NCBI GenBank assembly: GCA_002104905.1
Contig: MCFE01000263.1
Coordinates: 1-64,000 of the forward strand
Source of the DNA: Basidiobolus meristosporus CBS 931.73
Lineage: Eukaryota; Fungi; Basidiobolomycota
Length of the DNA: 64,000 nt
Reading direction: 5' to 3'
Part shown: piece after piece, positions 1-12,044 of the stretch
Position numbering within the stretch: position 1 is the first letter of the stretch
How the letters are laid out: each line of letters starts with the position of its first letter
The notes under the pieces: model-generated
Told to the model about the DNA's origin: nothing
The model's database searches: none
The model's input: the letters and a program-made list of their open reading frames with translations, nothing else
Program-made: the position numbers and the translations under genes

Positions 1-525
1 TGTAAGAGCACAAAAGGATTGAAAATATGCATTTGGTACTCAATACCCATGGCACTCTGAATCTAGCTCCTGAGGCTTGTAACATGTCACAACAATGCAT
101 GGCACTATCTTGGTCCACTGGTACTATCTGGCACTATAAGTGCTTTATATAGATCTTACTTTAGGGCTAATAATTAAATATAGTGCCAGATAGTACCAGT
201 GGACCAAGATAGTGCCATGCATTGTTGTGACATGTTACAAGCCACAGGAGCTAGATTCAGAGTGCCATGGGTATTGAGTACCTGATTTGTGTCTTCATTT
301 CTTCTGTGCTCTTACGCATCCTGCGTAATATTGATCCACAAAAAAACGTCAAAAAATGGATTTTCTCCTGCATCATAGGTGAAACACAGGGGCTGCTTTG
401 CATGAAGATGCAGATCCATGTTTCACACTCTGTGGCCCAGTATAGGCTCACTTGGCCTCTCTGGCACACTATGGCATCATTTGGCACTCATGGCTCAATG
501 TGGCACCATCCAATGGAACAAGTCT
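1..525. mobile_element. Palindromic fold-back (MITE-like) element, copy P1, left end beyond window edge
   Basis: Arms ~35-138 and ~179-282 are near-perfect inverted repeats around a ~40-nt spacer. Ends ...GGAACAAGTCT at 525 followed by AGT, inside a copia LTR. Same sequence recurs at 9761, 33395 and 49826. Confidence 0.85.
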
Positions 526-3500
526 AGTAAATCATTAAGTGAAAACCACATTATCTACTTGTCCTCCCAATCACCTCTAATATCTCCAAGACTCTTACAA
601 CAGGCTATGAGCCCCAAGCTGTCACTCTTGGCAATGTCTACTACTGCCATTACTGGAATTTTTCCTTCTGCTGAAAAGTTGGATGGATCTAACTACCAAG
701 TGTGGATGGTGAAAATGAAGATGCTGCTATAAGTATGAGGCCTTTGGGATATTGTCCTGGGAGAAGAATGCCCTCATAAAGACATGGGAGAGGAAGCCTT
801 GAAGTACCAGAAGAAAGATGAAAGTGCCTTCAACTGCATTTGCCTCAATGTTAAAGACAAATTGCTTATTCCATGCTCAAGAGCAAAAACGGCAAAGAAT
901 GCCTGGAAAGCATTAGAAGACACCTACCAGTCATCTTCAGCTGCTAAGAAAATGTATCTGAGACAAAAATTCTTTACTACTAAGATGCTGCCAGGAGAAG
1001 AAATGAAAAATCTAATGAACAGAATTGCCCTGCTGGTGGTTAATTGGATCTGTGGGCATACCAACTACTGATGAGGATGTGATATTAACCATCCTGAATA
1101 GTCTGACAGACATGTTTCAGGGCCTTGTATCATCCCTAGAGTACAGAACTGCAGATTTGACCTTAAATTACATATATGGAAGGCTTCTGGATAAAGAATT
1201 AAGAAATTCAAGCATCAATAAGAAGGAAGAAGACAATGCGTTAATACGCAATGATAACCTACAAAGGAGGTACCCAGGACCCTAAAGGCAACAGCAATCT
1301 GTTTTGTAACTACTGCAAAAGGAAAGCACACACATCAGACAGGTGTCTCAAAAAGAAAGATAATCAGCAAACAAAGCCTGAATATGGAAATACTGCAACA
1401 ACTGAAGATAGACTATTCAAATCAGCACTAAATATTACCACAAACAAGGATTCTCAGACGTGGTATATTGACTCTGGAGCATCTCAACACTTTACACAAT
1501 AAAAAGAACTTTTTACCCAATATCAAGAAATTCCAATTAAGCAGGTTTTCATGGGTGACAATAGAACATTTGATGCAGTGGGAGAAGGAACTATCCATGT
1601 AAGCCTAAGAATCAGTGAAGGAAGCCATACACTGACCTTTAATGAAGTGCTCTATGTACCAGAAAAAGCCAAGAACCTACTATTTGTAAGCAAGGGCACT
1701 GCAGAAGGACTCAATATCAGCTTTGACAATTCTAGATGCAAGATCATTGATCAAAATGGTGCCCATATTGCTTTGGGTATCAGAGATCAGAATCTATACA
1801 AGTTAACTTATATTCCATCATATCTGGAAGCCAATATAAGTAACTTAAATGAAGAAACACCAATGCATTGGCACAGGAGATTTGGGCACATCAATTTTGA
1901 TTATTTGCGCAAAATGATCAAGGATCTGCTAATCTCATGAGTAAAAGCTGATCCCCCAGCTAACCTAGAGCACTGTGAAGCCTGTATATATGTGAAACAA
2001 GCCAGACAACTGTTCAAGAGCTTTGGGTCAATAAAAACCAAGAAAAAATTAGATCTAATTCACACAGATCTGTGTGGACCTATACAAAATTTATCTTTAA
2101 TGGGATGAAGCATTTAATAACCTTTATTGCTGATTATACAAGATACACATGGGTATACTACATGTGGAGAAAGAAAGAAGCTCTGGCTAAGTTCAGGGAG
2201 TTTAAATCCATGGTGGAGAGAGAAACTGGTGAAAAAATCAAGAAAATATGCTCTGACAATGGTGGAGAATATACCTCAAAACTCTTCATCCACTTCTGCA
2301 AAATTCATGGGATAAAGCAAGAGACTACTGTACCATACTCCCCACAGCAAAATAGAGTAGCAGAATGTGCTAACAGATCAATAATTGATATGGCAAGATC
2401 TATTATCCATGATCAATAATTATCCTATAATTTTTGGGCAGATTCAGTTGCCACTGCTGTATAACTTAAAAATAGAAGTTATAACAGAATGCTTTGGGCT
2501 TCCACTCCATTTGAAGCATGGTATGGATACATACCAAGTGCAGAACATCTAAGAATATCTGGGTGTACAGCATATACCAAGAAACTGCCAAGAAATCAGT
2601 TAAAATTTGAGCCAAAAAGTGTAAAAGGCATATTTTTGGGCTACTGCAATGAGAGTAAAGCATACAGATTCTACAATACCAAGGCAAAGAAGCTAATCAA
2701 GTCAAGGGGTGTGTAGTTTGCTGAATATTCATAATTTCTACAAAAAATAACATCAGATGATGATAAAAATCTGATCTCAAATCCACTAATTGTCAGGATT
2801 GAATCAGAGCTTAACAATGAAATTTTTTCCACTCCATCGGACTCTACAACCATGGTTCACCTAAAATCAGTGCCCAGGAATATCCCAGAAGTGATCATTC
2901 CAGTATCAAATGCCCGGAGATCCAATTGGACAAGAAATAGCCTTAATTACTCTATCAATGAGGGTACAAACTTATACTATGCCTATTCAGTCCATATTGA
3001 TGAACCCCAGACTGTAAAAGAGACCCTAAATGGCCCTCAGACAAAGTCTTGGATGTCTGCGATGACTGAGGAATATCAGGCCATGATGGAAAATCAAACT
3101 TGGGACTTAGTCAAATTACCAATCAACCAAAAATCAATTGGATACAGATGGGTCTTCAAGACAAAATACAAGGCTGATGGTACAATTGAAAGATACAAAG
3201 TAAGACTTGTGGCCAAAGGATACTCTCAAACAAAAGGACTTGACTATACTGAGACCTTTGCACCGGAGCTAAGTTTAATTCAATTATATCAATATTGGCT
3301 ATTGCAGCCAAATGTAAGTTTTTTATTCATCAAATGGATGCAAAAACTGCATTCTTGAATGGAGAACTTGATCAGGATGTGTATATAGACTGGCCTTATG
3401 GGTTTGCTGACCAAGATAACCCCCATTTGGTCTGCAAGCTTAAAAAGTCACTAAATGGTCTCAAACAATCACCAAGAGCTTGGAATTGCAAGATAGATTC

Positions 3501-4931
3501 TTATTTGAAATCTTTGAGTTTCAAAAGGAGTAATGCTGACTATTATATTCACTATTAACCAGGTAGAGCAAACCCAGTTCTATTAGCTCTATATGTGGAT
3601 GATCTTATTATAGCCACCAATAACCTAGAAATATTGCAAGAGACTAAATCCAGCCTATCTAAGGAGTTCAATATTTCCAATGTAGGAGAACTCAGTTACT
3701 ACTCAGGGATGAAGTTCTCCGTAGACAGAAGTACCTAGACTATTACCCTAAGCCAAACCAAGTATATTCAAGATATACTAAAGAAGTACAAAATGGAAGA
3801 CTGTAAACCAGCAGCCACCCCAATGGAGACAAACCTTAACTTTGTCAAAACTCAACCAAATCAAGAGAGCTTGGTACCATCTGAAAGCCCTGACTTTTCT
3901 TATCAGTCTTTGATTGGCAGTCTGATATATATCATGCTTGGAGCATGCCCAGATATCTTGTATTCAGTGGGAGTTGTCAGCCAACATAATCAGAACTATG
4001 GATCTGATCATATCTCAGCAATTAAATGGATTTTTAAATACCTAAAAGGAACTGCTGATATCTGATTAAGATACACTTATAAGGATTCAGAACAGGATCT
4101 TATGGGATACTCTGATGCTGATTGGGGACAAAATATGGCAGACACAAGATCCACCACACAATACACCTTTCTTTACTGTGAAGGAGCAATTTCATAGAAT
4201 TCAAGAAAGCAACCAACCATAGCACTTTCTACCACAGAGGCAGAGTATTTGGCAGCCTGTGAAGCTACAAAAGAAGCAATGTGGTTAAGAAATCTTGTTA
4301 CAGATTTAGGCCTATGTCAAAAAATGCCTATTACTTTATTTCAAGATAATCAAGGATGTATACAATTAGGTAGAAATCCAACTTTTCATGCTAGAACCAA
4401 GCACATAGATATTAGACATCATTTCATATGTGAAGCTATAGAGAATAACTTAGTTAGCTTAGCTTACTGTCCTACAGATGAAATGATTGCAGACATATTT
4501 ACCTAACCATTGGCTATAGACAAGTTTGAATATCTTAGGTCAAAATTAGGACTAGTCAATATGAACATTTAGCTCAGTGGGAGTGTTGTAAAAATTTGTA
4601 ATTCCACCTAAATATTCACCTAACTTAGTACATAGATCATTACCTTCATATCCTAGAGAATACTGACCAAATTCCTTGTTGGGATTTACTTTGAAAATTT
4701 TCATATTCAGGGTACCTGGTATTTTGGTAAAAATATTCTAAGTTGTTCAAACAGCCCCAAGCTTTGCACACATGTTCTTTGGACCTTCCTCAACTTATTC
4801 TAAGTGCTTATAATGCCAAAACAATGTAAAAGTATAAATACTACTTTAACACTCAATAAATCATAAAGTGAAATCCACATAATCTACTTGTTCTCCCAAT
4901 CACTTCCAATATCTACAAGACTCTTACAACA
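526..4931 (+). mobile_element. Degenerate Ty1/copia LTR retrotransposon (family C1)
   Basis: 5' LTR remnant to 602; PBS GGCTATGAGCCC at 603-614; PPT-like AGTGGGAG; 3' LTR 4584-4931 (TGTTG...CAACA), homologous to the LTRs at 37738 and 41269. Confidence 0.92.
634..4572 (+). pseudogene. Copia gag-pol pseudogene (gag, CCHC, protease, integrase, RT, RNase H)
   Basis: ORF fragments in copia order: LDGSNYQVW gag, CNYCKRKAH knuckle, WYIDSGASQH protease, WHRRFGHINF, integrase PYSPQQNRVAE, RT RWVFKTK/HQMD, RNase H HARTKHIDIRHHF. Many stops and frameshifts. Confidence 0.93.
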
Positions 4932-7176
4932 CTTATGAATGCCTCTCAGCATCCATATCCCTGAATCCAGTCCTGTCCATGTCCTTGCCCTCATAGATTC
5001 TGGCGCTTTCTCCAGTTTTGTTGACCAGTCCTTTGTCCAGAAGCACAAAATCCCCACAGTCCTGAAATCCTGTGCTGCGCAAGTGGTTATTATTGATGGA
5101 AGATCCCTTTCTTCTGGTGCCATTACCCATGAGATGCATCTACTCCCACTGTCCAGTACTGGTCACCATGCAACACTAGCCCTTAACATCATCAACCCTC
5201 CCCCCTACCCCATAGTCCTTGGAAGCACATAGCTTAGTCCCCATAACCCAGCTATCAACTGAAAGACCAAAGCCCTGACATTCCCAAGAGTCCATCTGGT
5301 TAACTCTGTGAAAGCACCTGACTTCTCATGTGAAGAAGTATCTTTGCAAGCTACCCCAGACCCAGGAGCCCATCATCACTGAAGGAGCCCCCTTCATTGG
5401 AATACATGCCAAGTATCAAGAGTTTGCCCATATTGCTGATAAGAAGAAAGCAGAGCTACTTCCCGCACATAAACCCTATGATTGTCCCATTGACCTTGAC
5501 AATGAAAAAACCCCACCTTTTGGCCCTATCTACAACCTCTTGCAACCTGAGTTGAAAGAACTCCATGGCTATATCCAAGAAAACCTCTGGAACAGTCTTA
5601 TTCAATACTATAAGTCCCCAGCTGGTGCCCCAAACCTCTTTGTCAAAAAAAGGAAGGTTCCCTAAGAATTTGTGTAGACTGCTGTGCACTGCATAAGATA
5701 ACAATCAAGAACTGGTATCTTTTGCCCCTGATCAACACCCTGCTGGATCAACTCTTTGCTTCTAAAGTACTTACCAAATTGATCTCAGAGGAGCTTAGAA
5801 CCCTGTCAGGATCAAGCCTGGCAAAGAATGGAAAACTGCCTTCAGAACAAGCTATGGTCACTTTGAGCATAAAGTTATGCCATTTGGCCTCACCAATTCC
5901 CCAGCTGTCTTTCAGCACCTAATGAATGACACATTCTGTGAGTACCTTGACCAATTTGTAGTTATCTACCTTGATGATACCCTGGTCTACTCCAAGACTC
6001 AAGAACATAACTCACATGTGAAGAAAGTCTTGGCCAAGCTTGACACTGCTGGCCTCTATGCCAGACTGGAAAAATGTCAATTTGACCAGAAAGAAGTTGA
6101 GTTCCTAGATTATCTTATAAGCTCAAATGGAACAGAAACAAACCCCAGGAAAGTAGATGCCATCCAATCCTGGAAAACTCCCTGTTCTGTAAAAGTAAGG
6201 CAATCCTTCCTTGGATTTGCCAACTTCTACTGTAAGTTCATTGCCAACTGCTCCAAGATAGTCACTCCCTTGACAAAGCTCACGCAGAAAAATCTGCCCT
6301 TTGCCTGGAATCAGGAACAGTCTGAGTCCTTTGATTCTATTAAGAAATCCTTGTTGTGTATCCTACTGCCTACCCACCCTGACCCTGAGCAGCCTCTCAT
6401 CATAGAAACTAATGCCACTGACTTTGCCCTTTGTGCCATCTGTTCCCAGTTTGATGACAAGAATGTGCTATATACTATTGCACTTTACTCTTGAAAATCT
6501 ACTCCAGCTGAGGCAAGCTATGATTTCTATGACAAGGAACCACCAGCAATCATTATTGCCTTTGAACAATGGAGACACTACATTGATGTTGCAGCCCAAT
6601 GTATAACAATCTTCTGAGACCACAAGGACCTCGAGTACTTTACAATCTCAAAAGTACAGAACCAGAGACAAGCTAGATGGTGACTCTTCCCAGCTAGCTT
6701 TGACTTTGTCATCACCTATAGACCGGGTGTGAAACAAGGAAAACCTGATGCCCTGTCCAGAAAGGTGGAGTATTCCCTTGAAGAAGGGGATGATACCACT
6801 TGACAAATGAAAAACCCTGTACTCAACAAAAGACATTTTGAGCTCCTTGCAACCCAGTCCTCCAGTATTATAACTCCTCTACTCTTTGAGAGAGTCAAGA
6901 CCAGCCAAGTCCCCAACTCCACAGCAGCAACAGTCAAGAAATACCCCAAGTCTTGCACTAACCCACCACCCAAGTTCCCAAACCTCCAGCATCTACATCT
7001 AGTCAATGAAATCATCTATCACCTGCACCAACTGTTTGTCCTAGACCCTGATACCCAGCAGGATATCATCCATTCTTGCCATGATTCAAGGGCTGCAGGA
7101 CATTTTGGTACTGCCAAAACTATGAATGCCATCAAGAGAGACTTTTAGTGGCCCAAGATGATATCACTTGTCTAGG
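4932..7176 (+). pseudogene. Ty3/gypsy (Tf2-like, family G1) pol fragment: protease, RT, RNase H, start of integrase
   Basis: ALIDSGA protease, MPFGLTNSPAVFQ and IYLDD RT motifs, ETNAT RNase H, HDSRAAGHFG zinc-binding start; frameshifted. Confidence 0.9.
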
Positions 7177-8166
7177 TGTTGTGGTGGTGTATATGTCCAA
7201 GGGATAGATATGCCTAACACTTCTCAAGTGTCTTGTGTGTGGGGTGTTCACTGGGTGCAATAACCTTGGGCAAAAGCTTGCTAGGAATATTGGGATCTGT
7301 CTCTAATTTAATGTGATGGGGAATTACACCACAAGCTTGTCAAGGGAAAACTATTCAGCTACAATCCCCAACTTAGTTGGTGTCTTAACAGAAGTGTGTG
7401 CTGGGTTCAGCATCCTTTGAGATGACAATGTACTAAAGCTTCCAAAGTCAAAACAACTGTAAACTCCACCAGCAGGGACTTAAGAATGCAGGTGTGGCCA
7501 ATAGTTACAACAACTGAAAAGTATCTTTGCCTGTACATGAGCAAACTTGGGAAAGAATCATATATAATAAAAGATACCTACTCTGAGTATTCCTCACAGG
7601 AAGTGCCTCCAAGGGCAGTTGGCCATCAGCGTGGTTACCTGGGAGTGTCCTGTGGTCTGGGGTTGGAAGTTCAGGTAGCAGCAGGTAGCAGTGATCACAC
7701 TAATCAACAAGTTGGTATATTGATAAAAGGGATGATGATTTATTGTTGAGGGTTAGCCACCCTTATAAAGTTTTCTTACTGGCTAAGTGATTACTAATCA
7801 TGGTGTTCCTGAAAGTTCTGGATATCAATAGAAATCTTAATGAGTACTGAATGACCTAAGAATGTTCTAAGTAGGTGCTGAAAGGTTCTAAGAAGCGCAG
7901 CACATTGAACCAATCAGGAATCAGTACTCTGAAACCTGTGTACATAGAGATACCATATATGGTATTACTGCAAGTAATCTAACATAAAGTGAGGGATAAC
8001 TTATGAAATAAGGTAAGCAGGTGTGATAGTCAACCGGCTTGTGGGATAGTAGTGATCAGGTACAACAAATGGGATAAAACTAAAATAAGTGTAGTAGAGA
8101 AATAGGGAAGTATAAAATTTGGGAATGAGCATATCTGTCAGTGGATGTTACTGTGACCCTACTACA
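7177..8166 (-). repeat. ~1-kb LTR of Ty3 family B
   Basis: Reverse complement begins TGTAGTAGGGTC and ends CACCACCACAACA. Homologous to 31551-32643, which follows an integrase and a PPT. No matching TSD. Confidence 0.7.
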
Positions 8167-8837
8167 GCATGCCTCCAATCCAAGCTCCACACACCAAGCA
8201 AGATGGAGTAGAGAATGGATTCAGTAGCTGCAGCAATCTGCACATTCAGCTTTATGCTTGTAGTATAGCTGCTCAAGTCTGAATGTTGATTGTGTTACAA
8301 GTCTTGGTATAAAAGTTGTAGAGGAATAGGGAGTTTTGCTAGTATTGTATTCACTAAAACTTGAACTGATTTTTATTGAGGTTCCAGCAGCTCCTTATGT
8401 AGATTTTGCTAGATCAATTGCTGACTAATTGTATTTCCTAATGTAGGTTGTGGCTGATGACTCATTTGATTGCATAATCATCACCTAATAAGATCCTACT
8501 TGATATATCTATTTCTGTCTGATAAGGATCTGCTGATTCATTTGCTGACTAATGCTATTGATTTGATAGATAATACTGATATACTGATAACCTAAGCATA
8601 TACTAATTGATTTGAATAAAAACTGATCTAACTTAAACATTCAAGCGGCAGATCATAACAATTGGAGCTTGTGAGAAGTACTCAAGGTAGCAGATACTCT
8701 GTAATATCTTGCCAATTCTTTAAAATTTCTCTGGTATCTCAAAGGTCTCATTTAGCTTGAAATGCCCCAAGTACAACCGGGTCATCAGTATAGGGATATT
8801 GTTGAAAAGTAAATACATTGCTCCTAGTAGATAGCTT
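8167..8837 (-). pseudogene. CACTA/Transposase_21-like transposase fragment, split by a solo LTR
   Basis: Reverse complement matches the transposase relic around 36320-36620, e.g. GAGTATCTGC...GAGTACTTCTCAC and TTGAGCAG...CATAAAGCTGAA. Confidence 0.6.
8293..8660 (-). repeat. Solo LTR of Ty3 family A (368 bp) with 4-bp TSD ATTG
   Basis: Full-length reverse complement of the 19279-19646 LTR; ATTG at both 8289-8292 and 8661-8664. Confidence 0.95.
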
Positions 8838-9327
8838 CCCTAGGAAATATAATTGTGATAATCCCATCAAAAGACTGTCATAAATTCCAAGTCCTGTGAC
8901 TATGCGGTATTGATCCTGCCAGGATACCATGCAAAGACCATCAGAAAGTTATTGCACCCCAGATTTTGAAAAAACTTTGTCAAAAATTGATGTAAAACAA
9001 ATTTTTGTTTGTCTTACTTTTCATGCATACAAATTGATATATTTCTACCAAAGCTTCAGTTGTATTCCAATTACCAAATGTATTGACCTATGCAAGTCCT
9101 TTTGCCCTGAAATAACACCTAGTCCAATCCCACACTCAACAAATAACTCCATTGAAATCCACTGCTTGATAAGTATATCTGCTGTAATGGATTGTTTCAA
9201 TGACTTTGGTGGAGCCCTAAAGTTTAATACCACTGTTCACTCACTGTTTGCCATACTTCATTGTCTTCAGCCAGCACCGCAAGATATACTACTTCATCTA
9301 CCAGTCTTTGCAGCACATCCTTGCAAC
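8838..9327 (-). mobile_element. End of CACTA-like element: companion ORF C-terminal domain plus terminal ~130 bp
   Basis: Translation ELFVECGIGLGV...DLHRSIHL matches the 29578-29913 ORF; terminal block matches 30110-30244 and 52625-52753. Confidence 0.65.
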
Positions 9328-11371
9328 TGCTTTAAGAGTCATAGAGATCTTGGAAGTGTTTGGGAGAAGTAGATTATGTGATTTTTCACTTAATAATTTA
9401 TCATATATAAAAGTAGTATTTATAATTGTACATGGTCTTGGCATAGCAAACACTTAAAAAAAGCCAAGGAAGGTCTCTAGAGCATATGTGCAAAGTTTGG
9501 GGCTGTTTGGACAACTTTGAGAATTTTCATGTTCTGGGTACCTGATATTTTGGTAAAAAATATTCTCAGTAAATCTCAACAAGGAATTTGGTCAGTATTC
9601 TCTAGGATCTGAGGTAATGTTCTAAGTGACTAGGTTAGGTGAGTATCTAGGTGGAAATACAAACTTTACAACACCCCCACTCAGCTAAATGAGCATACTG
9701 ACTTGTTGCAATTTTTACCTAAGATATTCAAACTTGTCTCTAGCTGATGGTTAGGTAAATAGACTTGTTCTGTTGGATAGTGCCACATTGAGCCATGAGT
9801 ACCAAATGATGCCATAGTGTGCCAGAGAGGCCAAGTGAACCTATACTTGGCTACAGAGTGTGAAACATAGCACTGTATATTCATGTAAAGCAGTCAATGT
9901 GTTCCACCTATGATGAAGGAGAAAATCCATTATTTGACATTCTTTGCGGATCAATGTAGTGCAAGATGTGTAAGAGCACAGAAGAACTTAATACATGCAT
10001 CAGGTACTCAGTACCCATGGCACTCTGAATCTTGCTCCTGTGGCTTGTAACATGTCAGAAAAATGCATGGCACCATTTTGGTCCACTGGTACCATGTGGC
10101 ACTATAAGTGCTTTTTATTGATCTTACTTTAAGGCTAATAATTAAATATAGTGCCAGATAATACCAGTGGACCAATTTAGGGCCACGCATTTTTGTGACA
10201 TGTCACAAGCCACAGGAGCTAGATTCAGAGTACCAGGGGTATTGAGTACCAGATGTATATCTTCAATCCTTTGGTGCTCTTACACATCCTGCGCAACATT
10301 GACCCAAAAAAAAGGTCAAAAATGGATTTTATCCAACACAATGGGTGAAACACAGGGGCTACTTTGCATGAAGATGCAGAGCTATCTTTCACACTCTGTG
10401 GCCAAGTATAGGTTCACTTGCCTCCCTGGCACACTATGGCATCATTTGGTACTCATGGCTCAATGTGACACTATCCAACAGACAAGTCTAATATGTCCAT
10501 GATTATTCCATCTGAAGGACAGTAAGCTACGCTAACCAAGATATTCTCTATTGCTTCACATATGAAGTAATATCTAATATCTATGTGCTTAGTTCTACAT
10601 GAAGAGCTAGAATTCTACCTGATTGTATATATCCTTGATTACCTTGAAATAAAGTAATAAACATTTTTGACACAGGCCTAAGCCTGTAAATAGCATTGTT
10701 AACCACATTGCTTTATTTGCAACTTCACAGGCTGCCAGATACTCTGCCTATGTGGTGGGAAGTGCTTCATTTGGTTGCTTTCTTGAATCCATAAGATTGC
10801 TCCTTTACAGTAAAGAAAGGTGTATCCTGTGGTGGATCTTTTATCAGCTAAATTTGGTCCCCAATCAGCATCAGAGTATCCCACAAGATTCTGTTTCAAA
10901 TCCATATTGACTTATCTAAGCAGATATCAGCACCTCCTTTTATATATATAGAAATCTGCTTAACTGCTGCAATATGATCAGATCCATAGTTCTGATTATG
11001 TTAGCTCACAACTTCCACTGAATAAAAGATATATGGATGTGTTACAAGCAGGATATACCTCACAGTGCCAACCATAGATTGATAAGGAAAGTTAGGGCAT
11101 ATGGCACCAAGCTCTCTTGATTTGGTTGAGTCTGACCAAGTCAAGGTTTGTCTCTATTGGGGTAGCTGCTGGTTTATAGTCTTCCAATAGGTACTTCTTT
11201 AGTACATCCTGAATACACTTGGATTGCCTTAGGGTCATAGTCTGGGTACTACTCTCTATGGAGAACTTAATCCCTAAGTAGTAATTAAGTTCTCTTAGAT
11301 TGGACATCTTGAACTCCTTAGATAGACTGAGTTTAGTCACTTCTAATGTTTCTAGGTTATTGGTGGCTATA
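9328..11371 (-). mobile_element. 3' part of a degenerate copia C1 element (3' LTR 9328-9673, RNase H/RT), interrupted by palindrome P2
   Basis: Reverse complement of the C1 LTR and PPT; GYSDADWG RNase H motif and RT-end fragments on the minus strand. Confidence 0.85.
9761..10489. mobile_element. Palindromic fold-back element P2 (729 bp) with TSD AAT
   Basis: AAT|AGACTTGTTC...CAAGTCT|AAT. Removing it restores the copia RNase H sequence GGTAAATATGTC. Confidence 0.9.
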
Positions 11372-12044
11372 TGACTAATTGTATTTCCTAATGTAGGTTG
11401 TGACTGATGACTGATTTTATTACATCATCATCACCCAGCTATATCTTACTTAGTATATCTATTTCTGTATGAAAAGGTTCTGCCAATCCTTCTGCTGACT
11501 AGATCTACTGATATGATAGATCACACTGATGTACTGATAGGCTAAACATATAACCAATTGATTTGACCAAAAGCTGACTAGATTTAAACATTCAAGTAAC
11601 AGATCATAACACTCTTCCCTACTACAGTTCAAAGGGTTCTCCTGATTCACTTTTCTTGTAATACTAATATATTGATGGTTCAGTGTTTTCTGCAAGTCTT
11701 GCAAGCTTGGGTCTGTCTCTATATACTAAATCTTCCCAGATATTCCCTTCTTTGTGCACTAGTTGATAAGTAGCAAATGGACATTCTCTGATGATCTTAA
11801 ATAGTCCTCTCCATTGTGGCTGCAACTAATTCTAAGTATGGTTTTGCAGCAATGCAAAGCTCCCAACTGCCAATGCTTCTGGTGATATAGTCCTATCAAA
11901 TCTCTGCTTCATCTTCTCTGCACTTGATGATATTTGGCTTTTGCCTCTTGACATCATTATTGCAGTTGTTAATCAACTTGTTCTGTTGGATAGTGCCACA
12001 TTGAGCCATGAGTGCTAAATGATGCCATAGTGTGCCAGGGAGGC

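Noticed and set aside
257-732. Recurrent short ORFs (WHTMASFGTHGSMW...) in palindrome arms
   Set aside because: Frames and stops differ between copies; they are by-products of the TGGCAC-rich inverted repeats.
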